Shown: positions 1 through 10,436 of the stretch, in pieces
Position numbering within the stretch: the stretch's first letter is position 1
Layout of the letters: each line of letters opens with the position of its first letter
The notes under the pieces: generated by a model
What the model was told of the DNA's origin: nothing
The model's database searches: none
What the model saw: the letters and a program-made list of their open reading frames with translations, nothing else
Assembly: GCA_002633005.1 (NCBI GenBank)
Contig: NMRA01000752.1
Location: 58,689 to 122,688 of the forward strand
DNA: 64,000 bases
Direction: 5' to 3'
DNA from: Phoronis australis
Lineage: Eukaryota; Animalia; Phoronida
Position numbers and translations under genes: made by a program

Positions 1-362
1 TGTTTACTATTACCGCTTGCCTTCAACCTTCGAATTAGTGGTATTACACAACCGACGTGAACTCATGTAACCGAGACAGTAAAACTAGGTTAATTTATTT
101 GACCCTGTGCTAAGACAAATATGCATCGACACGCAAAGTGGTATCAGCCTGACAACCTATTACGCAACTGCTACTCTAGCCTAAAAATAGCAGCCGACCA
201 GCTGGTCGGCTGATGGCCGGTCGGCTGAAGGGTCGGCTGGGGAGTCGCCTTATGAGTCGGCACTGCGGGCGGCTGCCGGTCGGCTAATTTTTAGCCGACC
301 GGTCGACGGCTAGTCTTCGACCAATTTCCGACCGGGCGGCCAAAAATTCGTGATGTGTGCTG
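1..362 (+). mobile_element. Right end of non-autonomous TA-flanked TIR DNA transposon (family A, copy 1)
   Basis: Near-identical to ~37193-37540. Ends in the TIR ...CGACCAATTTCCGACCGG...GTGATGTGTGCTG followed by TA. Subterminal CCGAC/GTCGG motif cluster. Confidence 0.85.
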
Positions 363-370
363 TATGTCAA

Positions 371-380
371 GCGCATGCGT
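371..380. promoter_or_regulatory. NRF1-like motif GCGCATGCGT upstream of a putative first exon
   Basis: Matches the GCGCATGCGC consensus at 9/10 and lies ~110 bp before a strong splice donor (G|GTACGT, 491/492). Confidence 0.3.
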
Positions 381-857
381 TCTGTCAAGAGGGATTCCCT
401 GTCTTTACTTCCTCTCGAAGTGTTATTGTTTCAGCAGAGAATTTCTCGAATTCAAAGACTGTGACAGCGGCATTGGACGAATTTCGACATGGTACGTGTG
501 CTTAATTTGTTGTAATTTATGCTATGTATGATCTTAAGAAACACTGCTCTTTTGACGGAGAAACTTCGCGAAGGGCGCGTTTTTAAATAGTTGAACACTG
601 CGGTTATCCGTGTTTTATTACTGCAGGTTCACTACTGGTGAAACACTAGCTAGATTTTTCTTCTTAAAACCGGCAAGGGTGTCCATGTTAGATCTGCTCT
701 CCGGCGCCAACTGGAACAGACATCTCCTTTCATAAAAGTGAGTAGTCTTTTACCTAGCAAGTGAACCTTCAGTAATACAACATGTGTTTTGTATTCCTTA
801 GCCTCTTACTCAGTCCTAGTGACTAAGAGTCTTAGTGTTAGAGATTTAGGCCTACTG

Positions 858-1880
858 AAATGTCACCCAGCGGAGCCAGGTAGGACCTAGCATTTGTTTT
901 TTTTTGATGATACCTGAATCAGCTAGTTGACATTTGAAATATGTCAACCAGCGCAGTCAGGTATAACCTAGCATTTGTATTTTGTAATGATACCTGGATC
1001 AGGTAGTGACATTTGCGAAATGTCAATCTGCGGAGTCAGATAGGCCTTAGCATTATTTTGTATTTTTGTGATGATACCTGCCTCCCGTTCAGTAACGCTA
1101 GGTCCTAGCTTAAAAGCAAGACTTCGCAAGATTACGCGAAATATTGCCATGTATTTTAAATAAAAACAGGTGACCTAGACTAGCTTTTGGCTAGGTCCTA
1201 GCGTAGGTCCTGGCGTCTACTGAACGCACGCCTGGATCAGCTAGTTGACATTTGCAAAATTTCAACCAGCGGAGTCAGGTAGAACCTACCATTTGTATTT
1301 TTGTGATGGCACCTGGATCAGCTAGTTGACATTTGCAAAATGTCAACCAGCGGCGTCAGGTAGGACCTAGCATTTGTATTTTGTGATGATACCTGGATCA
1401 ACTAGTTGACATTTGCAAAATGTCAACCAGCGGAGTCAGGTAGGACCTAGCATTTGTATTTTGTGATCATACCTGGATCAGCTAAGTGACATTTGCAAGA
1501 TGTCAACCAGTGGAGTCAGGAAGGACCTAGCATTTGTATTTTGTGATGATACCTGGATCAGCTCGTTGACATTTGCAAAATGTCAACCAGCGGAGTCAGG
1601 TGGAACCTAGCATTTGTATTTTTGTGATGATACCTGGATCATCTAGTTGACATTTGCAAAATGTCAACCAGCGGATTCAAGTAGAACCTAGCATTCGTAT
1701 TTTTGTGATGATACCTGGATCATCTAGTTGACATTTGCAAAATGTCAACCAGCGGATTCAAGTAGAACCTAGCATTCGTATTTTTGTGATGATACCTGGA
1801 TCATCTAGTTGACATTTGCAAAATGTCAACCTGCGGAGTTAGGTAGGACTTAGCATTATTTTGTATTTTTGTGATGATAG
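858..1880. repeat. Tandem array of ~80-81 bp hairpin-forming units (about 10-11 copies)
   Basis: Unit ACCTGGATCAGCTAGTTGACATTTGCAAAATGTCAACCAGCGGAGTCAGGTAGGACCTAGCATTTGTATTTTGTGATGAT recurs at 1311, 1391, 1471, 1551, 1632, 1713, 1794 and upstream at ~912 and ~992. Confidence 0.95.
1081..1230. mobile_element. 150-bp MITE inserted into one unit of the 80-bp array
   Basis: Inverted ends CGTTCAGTA..CGCTAGG / CCTGGCG..TACTGAACG. Flanked by duplicated CCTG (1077-1080, 1231-1234). The array unit resumes exactly after it. Confidence 0.7.
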
Positions 1881-2795
1881 GTAGAACAAGTTGTCTGGTA
1901 ATTCAGAAGTGTTTTTAAAAAATTTCAGGTCATTTACATGGAGTTTTTTTATCGCGTTGCGCTACCCAATAGATGACACAAGCTCGAATGAAAGATGAAG
2001 TGAACTAGCTATATGAAAATGTTAAATTACCATGTGTAAGTTATTCACAGGTGCACAATTAATTCGTGACATATGTAACTGTGCAATTTTAGGGCAATTC
2101 CTAATTTAAAAAATTAGTTAAGTTTCATTGTCATTCTAGTGATCATTTTTAAATATTACACATTTCATCTTTAGGATGGCCATATTTACTCAGTTAACAT
2201 CGTAAAGAGTGTAAATTCCCTGCATAGATGTCTCCGTGATGATGATCTTGTGCAAAAGACCAAATCGATGTATTTTGATTAAAAAACAATAGATGTTGCA
2301 TTGCTCTAATTTCATTTTGAGTCAATTGCAAAGTACTAATTACAGCTTAATTATTCTGAATTGATATCTTCGCCATACGAAACAGTTTAATCTTAGAAAT
2401 TCAAAGCGTATGTCCATGACTCACTCAACATCTAATTGGCTAACAAAAATATCTTAGAAGTTATAATCAAAGTACAATTCACCTATAATTAATGTTGATG
2501 TTTGCATTGGAAGTGTAAGTGAGACCTAACAATTGATGTCTTACGAATTATTTTCCCAGGAAGAAAATATTTTTCACAAAGTTGATCAAAATATTCTCTG
2601 ATTATAAACCCACTGTACTCCATCAAAATGGAATTGATTGAGTCACAGCTACTATTGTATGCGACTTACATTCAATTTGTTGCTTTTGTATGCAGCGCTT
2701 TCTTTACTCCATGTTACTTCTTGCAGTCATCTTGTCTCAATGTACCAACTTGTAGCTCAGTGGAAACCGATTCTGAATTCCGGAACATAACACAG

Positions 2796-2914
2796 ATGGA
2801 CGGCGCACCCTAGGGGGATGGGGGGGGGCTATAGCCCCACTTTTTTCAGTGCTCCGGCGCCCATGGTCTATGGGCGGTGTACCACATGGGGGATGGGGGG
2901 CTGCACCGCCCATG
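2796..2914. mobile_element. GC-rich MITE (same family as 10146-10280, opposite orientation)
   Basis: Shared GGGCTATAGCCCC / CACTTTTTTCAGTGCT motifs and CATGGGC...GCCCATG-type ends. Confidence 0.6.
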
Positions 2915-5900
2915 ACACATATGACAGTTTGCCTTTGATTCTGCAAGCATTGACTATCATGATCTTAACTGGTTGTCTTTTATATTTTGAAACTTTAAGG
3001 TTTTGCTTTGTGATGTTATTTTATGGATGAGTCCTCCTGCAGCGGACAAGCTTACTTATTAATAACATTAATTTCTTTTCTCATCAGATCAGTGTCAAGC
3101 CTCAGCAGAGATTATTCATGAAGACCATGGGCATTTTCAGTGTTGTTGCCTTACTCGAAGGGAGGTAAGCAGTAAGAATTTCGTCCTGATGTGCCACCAC
3201 TCCGTTCATGTAGGAGGATACCCAGCCGTACCAGGCCTCTTCTCTGTGAGATTCATAAAGAAATAGTAACTACTAAGAATTAAAATTCTGACATTGTGAG
3301 GAAGAAGCAGCAAGTGGTTTAATTTTCAGTTTGAAACTTCGAACCTAATGGGGTTTTATGCAATGCCTAAGATTGGCGGTGAAATCTATATATTGTATAC
3401 GGAGAACAGCAGTGTGTTGTGACCAAGCTGTTTAACAGAAAATGTTGAATGCTATAGGCATTAAATTGAGGCTCTTACAAAGCATTTACCAGTTCAGTAA
3501 TGTCATTACTACTGTGTAAAGTAAGTACCTGAAAACACATTTACACAGTTTTAATTGCTGGAGTTTCTATTTCAGATGCATCAACCACAAATCATGTTGG
3601 ATTCCATTCTTCATTGTGCTGTCTCAGGACCGAGAGAGCCTTCTGCAAGGATGCCATGTTTTCATTTTCGAGAACCAGTCATCACTTCATATCCATCATT
3701 TGTCGTCACACATACTAAAAACAGAGGATGGACATACAAAGTAGTCTGGTGTCTATAATAGAATTATCGAAATGTAGTAGGGTGTATAATTCGTAAGTCT
3801 TGTTTATTGATGACATATACCATATGGTTATGTAGTACTTTATTGACAAGTCTGCACATTAAGTCAAATATTTACAAAACTGTAGAATTTTACTTCCTGT
3901 TGTATAACATAATGTTCAAGATAAATCTCAAAAATGCTGTTACAGTTTGCTAAATTATCGTCTCATTTTTGTTTTATGCAATTTAAAAAATTCATGAAAT
4001 TTATGCAATTCCTGCTTTCTGGTAGGCCCTCACACAAATGTGCAACATTTAAAAAAACATTTCTAACGGCATGTTGGGGATTAGTTTATAAAGTATATTC
4101 TGTAAAAGTTTCACGTGAATCCAATCAGCATCTTGTAAGATGTCCCAGGGATGGACAAAATTGGACAGTTTGATAGGGTCCTACATAACCAATGCTTTAT
4201 GATTATTACGTATTGAGCATCATTAACATTACCTCTGACAATTATGTCTTGCAGTGCTTGATTTAGTGAACTACAGATTGTGTTTGGTCACCTGGGAAAA
4301 ATCCCAAGTCGCCATGAAGTCACCACTGCGAGTATCAAAGTCAGACAATTCCCTCGAAATTTGTTTCAAAGTTTGTGTTGACTCCTAAATTTTAAGTTAC
4401 TAACAGTTTTCTTAGATTTGATACCTTTGTTTACAAGTGTTTTGTTTATTTCATGAAATTGGTGCATTTGCCACCACCGACAGCAGTTAGCACTTGTCAA
4501 ACTTGCATTAAAATTACATCAGGAATTACACAAGTGGAAGTTGGCGATAATCACGCATGATGAGTGAAACTAGCACGTAAAATGTATATGATCGCCTACA
4601 TTCTGAGTACACGGCGTAAGTTCCCAAGAACTGAGTGTAGCATAACCTTTTTAGCCAACTATTCTGATGACAAACATCTGTTTTGGACGACGTCAGATTT
4701 CCTTTGGCGACCTGGGATTTTCAGCAAGTAGCCAAATGCGACTTGGCTTCAAGCTAAGTGTTGAGCATCGTCTTACAATGCCGGCAATATCCCAAGATTG
4801 GTTAAGTATGATCATTTTTGCAAAGCTAATAAATTCATGGTTCTTTAGTGAGAATATTTTGAAAATGATGAGCAGCAGGAGACGCTCCTGCAATTGAAAT
4901 CATTATTACCTTGTCCATGACATGAGTTGAATGTTACTCTGATATTGGCAGATCAACAAATATATATTTTTCAACACATACTTGCTCCTAGTTAGGAAAC
5001 ATCAAGTCGTTGTGAAGTGTCTCTGACATCTTTTCTCTGTGATATTATGCATTGTGATTGAAATGGTAGTTGGATAAAAGATGACTATGGAAAATGTAGG
5101 TAGTGAATCTGTTTTACCATTAGCATAGCTAGGTGTGATATCAAGTTAAAATCAGAAACTTCAGACTAAAGCAAACCACATTTGTACTGGCTGAAGTAAT
5201 CGCTTAAAAGCACACAATACATATTCTTAAAAAACATTCATTTTGGTTTGTGTTTTTAGAGTATGTCTCAGTACTGAGTGCTATGAACTTTCAAAATTTT
5301 GACACGTATTTAAACTGCCCTGTGGCTGAATGAAATTCAGTGTTTGGTCATTGAGGCTAACTTCCTTTAATGTACTTAGAAATGTGTTTTGATTTGACTT
5401 GGCATTACCTAATTAACACTACATAGGACTTTAATTATACTTGATTGCTATACTCATCTTGTACCCTGGAAAAGCAACAACTTCTTGCATGCATATTGAT
5501 TCTTCACATCTTCGTTTTTTTTTCATCCAGTGACTTGCTTGGTATGTACATTTTGTCTGTATGCGTGTTCATTGCGTAATACCTGTAGAATGAGCTCTAG
5601 ATTTAGTGATGAGGAAACAAGTAAGAATATCAAACTAATCAAGATGCTGTTTTACATTTGAATCTAGCTTTAACAACATGATTGTACTTCAGCGCCATCA
5701 CCTACTTCACTTAAAATGTATGACAAAGTGTCACAAAGACTTGTATGATCTTGATTTGTTGTGTATACTGAACGTTACTCAGATGTCTTAGGATTCAATA
5801 CCTTTTTTGATTTTGCCTGTTTGAGACTTGATGAGAACTCCATTACTTTTGAACCCATTAAGCTTATCTTAGAACTGTTATCCGTTGTCCATCATCTTCA

Positions 5901-7299
5901 GTTCTGACTGTAAAGTTACTGTGGTTGTCTGAAAGAGAGGAATATACATATTAGTAAAAGTTTAGTTTTTTCACCGAAATGGTAATTTTGCTGTTTTGCA
6001 TTGTATTAGGTTATGATTAACTCTCAGGCAAAGTAGAAAAATATATCCCACAGCATACAAAATTGATCCATGTGTGTAACCTTTTTTGGGTTCTGACAGC
6101 CAGGGTAGTTTAACTTGGAAACAGGTATATCTTTAATTAACAGTCAGGGACTGGGGCACTTATGCAAACCTGTATGGCTGCCATCATGGGGCCACTAGCA
6201 ACACAATTCAGCACAAAACTATCGGTACATATTAGCCCAAAAATACACCAGCAATGTAAGAAACCCCGATATAACAAAGTAATGTGCACAGTTTTGGTAC
6301 CAACAAAACAAAATAAAAGTACACCAAAATTAATAGAACACACAGTTGGACATTATAATCTGTATCTGATCTGGAGAGAAAGTGAAAACTGACTGAGTAC
6401 TAAGCTTAGTGTATAGTGTTATTAATTACAAATGTCTAGATGTGACGAAATCTTTGATATGAGAGTTTTAACACTACCAAAGAATAATTGCATGTATTCC
6501 AACTCACCTTCACCGGGTTCATATAGGCCAAATTTCCAATTGCTCTTTGACAGCAGTGTAGTTGACTGACATCTCCACTTCAAAATCTTTTTATGGGTTT
6601 GATGCTGCCTCGTAATTTTCTACAAAGCCATGGATATTACCCCCAGTGTTTTTTGAAAAACTTCTTTTTCTGTGGAGACACACCAATAAATGCTCATATT
6701 TTCTTTCCTTGCCTGTGCGGTATGTGGGGAGAGCAGAGGGCCCCACTTTTCCAGACACTCAAAAAACCTGACAATGTTTATAAAAAATATTCAGATCTTC
6801 TATTTTTTTCTAACTGGGTGTAAATTGAGCTCGACCTAAATGAAGGTTTTATTCGAAATATTTTCAAAATTCCTTTCTCTGTGTGAGTCCTTGTGTATGA
6901 GTAAACTCTTTGTGTGAGTAGATAAATTTATTTCGAATGAAAATGATTTATTTATAATCATTACCATTTCATTGTAATCCTAACATTTTATTCATGTATT
7001 TGCGTATAATTTTTATATTTCTTTATATATGCCTGTTGGCACTTTCTGTGACAATTTCATAATAAACATAAAAAAATTATTTTACTGCAGTTTCATCTCC
7101 ACAACCCATTGCATAAATAACTCTTAACGTCCAGCTGATCAAATTTTGCTAGCCACGCGCTTTTGTCTTTCGTATCTTCTTTGTAGAAGAGTGTCTGGGA
7201 ATCCCTGCACTCCAAAATTTGAATCATGATTTTCGACAACAGATGTCCTTGCTGCATACCTGGATTGGCCAGTTGATATTGTCCCGCTCCCGGCTGCCG

Positions 7300-9867
7300 A
7301 TGGCGGACTTTGGCGAATATTTACCGATAGATGGCCAGTTCTACAATGGAAAATCTGCCCAAGAAATGCACAATATCTGGCCCTCGTTGTGGGCTCGCTT
7401 AAACCGAGAGGCAGTTGAAGAAGCAGGCGCGCTTGGAGAGGTAGTCTTCTGGATGAGGGCAGGCTATTCGGGTAAAGGCAGATGAGTGTCAATTCCTTGT
7501 AGGATATTTCATTGAAAGCTTTATACATGTGGATTTACTAATGGCTTTCGGTTGCGCATGATATAATATTTTATTTCTGCTTAATTACTATCGTCCTTCT
7601 TTTGTACGTTGTCAGGTTGCGAGTCGAGACAACGGTTTCGTTGATAACTATGCGACTTACCAAAATATCAACTTGTTTTAGCTTTAAGCTAGAAAACACT
7701 TCAGCTGATGTAGTGGGACATGTTTTATCTGCCCAACTTTGTATACAATGTAGGCCTATCGTACGTTTGTTTTCCCTGTGGAAGACCATATTGGTTTTTG
7801 ATATACACACGTTAGAATCTTTAGTTGTGATCGATATTTTCGAACCACATAGCTTCCACTTGCTGATTTCGCTGTACATGTATTTCTCTTAGCCATAGCG
7901 ATTTTTTTATAGTTCAACTGTTTACCCAGTGAAAATGGCTGTGGTTAAGTGTCGTCATTAACTTTGTCACGTTACCTTGCAACGGTCTGCGTTTCCCGTG
8001 ACTCGTCATTCACACTTGAGGTAGTCTTCACCGTTATTCAGGACCTCGTGGACAAGTCAGGCAAATATCTACAAAACTATGAAATAAAATTTGGAGTAGT
8101 TCTAAGTAGTTGTCTCGCGGCTAGCCAAGCTCACGTGACTGCTGTTCGCATTCAAAATACACGACAATATCTCGGATAATCTCTTTAATATCTCGGGAAT
8201 TTGGCAAATTTAGCAAAACAACAGCATCAGTAACATAACCAAATTTCGTTTAATGGAAATCTTCACCATGAAATCTCAAAAACACTACTCCAGTTTCCTA
8301 AACTATCACATACTTTTCGCTTAGTAGTCACCTGATGAAAATTTCACCCCGCGTCTCGTACTAAGACTCAAAAGTATTACACTCAGTCATTTTTAAATTA
8401 ATTTAAGACAATTTGAATTTTTTTATTTAAATAATTTTTCTAGGATCCACATAAACTTAAGCTAGGTGGATAACTATATCGTGGGAAGTGAACCGAAACT
8501 AACAAAATGTATCTGGTTCTGGAAATTTCATCAAGACGCCTCGGTGTTGTTTTGAATAGATTAACCTTGCTCAATGACAGCAGTTATCGATTTCATGGTT
8601 GATTTCGTCTTCATATCAGGAACACAAAAGCATAGCCTTCTTGCCTGGGCCGGAGGTCAGAACGTTGACTTCAGCTACGCAGACGGCATTGCATCCACCA
8701 TTCCAGCTGTGCTGTCGCTTGGAATTCTGGGAATGGGTTTGACTCATTTTGACATAGGCGGGTTCACCTCGCTGTATGGCGTCATCAGGACAAAAGAACT
8801 TTTGTTGAGAAGTGCTGAACACGCAGTCTTCACCCCCGTTATGAGAACTCACGAAGATTTCAGTCATTTTATAATGATCTTCTGGAGTACTAATGTACCA
8901 CATCGAGTCACTGTTGACTCTATTCAGTTTTCTACATTATGTGCATATTCGCTGGTTCATAAATCAAAACAATTTTTCAGCAGTCACTACTGTTGAAAAA
9001 AATTGTCATACACACGACAATGTTCGCGATCAACAGTTTTCAACGTCTGCTTTATTGTTTTGCTGTGAACGACCGTCAAAACTAGGGAGAGTTCCAACGA
9101 ATTTCGTTGAAAATTATTCATCGTGAACATTGCTGTGTGTTCAACTTACTTTGTCTGCTTTTAGACATGTAAATGACGTACACTGTAGGTATATTTGATT
9201 TATTAAACAAATTGAGTATGTTTAAGATTTATGAAACTCAATCTTGGCATCCTTTAAAGTTTCCGGTTAAATTACCACACTATGGCATAGTAACTCATGC
9301 GAATGAACAGTGGAAGGTATTATTGCAGGGCTCAGATTATTTTTGCGCAAAACCTTATATTTGATGAAAGCTTTCGTTTCAGGTAATCGGCCGTCGGAAA
9401 ATTTCCAGTACTACTCCACAAATTCTACGCTGGACGAATTTGGTCGTCTTACTCACCTGCATAATTTGTTGTTTAACTACACACGTGAAACTGTCCTACA
9501 AAATTCCCAGCTTGGCATTCCAGTTCAGAGGCCAATCTTTCTGCACTATCCGGAAACTGCAACTAATCTTGCGGTAAAGTACCAGTACTTGTACGGCGAC
9601 GACATACTGGTTGCTCGAATATTAGACGAAGGCGCCACCTCTTGGGACGTATACCTACCGGAAGACGAATGGGCTTATCTGTAGAACGAAACCGTGTCGC
9701 GCGGCCCCATAGACGCCACTGTTAACTCACCAATCGGTTTCCCGCCAGTGTTTTACAGAAAATCGACGAAATGGGGTTCCGTTTTTGAAGGAATGAGATC
9801 ACAATACAATGCCGTTATTGATTTTTTTCATAATAGTCTATTAACACTCAGAGACCCCGTTTCATGA
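7300..9867 (+). pseudogene. GH31 sulfoquinovosidase (YihQ-like) alpha-glucosidase pseudogene; exons 7300-7471, 8620-8856, 9383-9867
   Basis: Spliced translation: MADFGEYLP...HNIWPSLWARLNREAVEEAG..GEVVFWMRAGYSG|TQKHSLLAWAGGQNVDFSYADGIASTIPAVLSLG...HFDIGGFTSL...RTKELLLR...FTPVMRTHE|GNRP...PVQRPIFLHYP...YQYLYGDDILVA...VYLPEDEWAYL*...PIGFPPVFYR. This follows the YihQ/SQase motif order. Lesions: upstream W and N-terminal half missing; GDQ->GGQ (8655-8657); donor GT->AT (8857); TAG at 9682-9684. Confidence 0.88.
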
Positions 9868-10004
9868 AACTATTTTAGTCTTCGCCAAGACCGAAATAAT
9901 GCTGTCACTCCATTACATGTCACATTAAGATTGTTGAACAATGCTGATGATGTCATGACAACAATCAAACTTTGAAGCTTAAACTTTTCTGAAACGGAGC
10001 CCTG
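9849..10004. mobile_element. MITE at the 3' end of the GH31 pseudogene
   Basis: Imperfect TIRs CAGAGACCCCGTTTCATGAAA / TTTCTGAAACGGAGCCCTG. Confidence 0.6.
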
Positions 10005-10145
10005 AAATTGGATCTGCCTTTGGTATCAAATGATTAAATGAAATAAAGGATATTTATGAAACCTTATGCAGGTTGATTTTTGTCACTTTGTGCTAAATGT
10101 TTATCCAGTTTTACGCACCTGATTATGAAGTCTGTTACATGCCGC

Positions 10146-10280
10146 ATGGGCGGCGCAGCACTGAAAAAAGTGGGGGCTAAAGCACCCTCAGCCACCCTGT
10201 GGTGCACCGGCTATAGACCATGTGCGATGTGGCGCTGAAAAAAAGTGGGGGCTATAGCCCCATATGGTGCGCAGCCCATG
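10146..10280. mobile_element. GC-rich MITE related to 2796-2914
   Basis: CATGGGCGGCGCA...TGCGCAGCCCATG ends; internal duplicated GAAAAAAGTGGGGGCTA. Confidence 0.6.
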
Positions 10281-10306
10281 TGCTTTTGCCTGTAACGTAT
10301 CCTTTC

Positions 10307-10436
10307 CAGTGGCAGATTTAGAGGGGCCATGGCCCCCTAAAACTCTCGCAGATGCCATTTGGAAGTTCAGTTCGGAGGTGCAAATGTCTGACAGGCAAAA
10401 CCCTGCCCCCCAACTCAAAATCCTGGATCCGCCCCT
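10307..10436. mobile_element. hAT-like MITE
   Basis: CAGTGGCAGATTTAG...CTGGATCCGCCCCT ends with a GGGGCCATGGCCCC palindrome; a related fragment lies at ~60798-60846. Confidence 0.5.

Larger units (their letters stand above)
430..7066 (+). ncRNA. Putative multi-exon spliced non-coding transcription unit
   Basis: Successive well-formed acceptor/donor pairs: donor 492; exon 627-737 (CAG|..|GTGAGT); exon 1929-2035 (TTTCAG|..|GTAAGT); acceptor 2174; exon 3088-3164 (..|GTAAGC); exon 3576-3792 (..|GTAAGT). No ORF. AATAAA at 7061. Boundaries are inferred. Confidence 0.3.

Noticed and set aside
858-1880. CRISPR array
   Set aside because: The palindromic repeats are joined by near-identical linkers rather than unique spacers, there are no cas genes, and the context is eukaryotic.
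7219-7299. Alternative N-terminus for the GH31 exon
   Set aside because: It has no similarity to GH31 upstream of MADFGE, and the conserved G-W is missing. Interpreted as foreign sequence.
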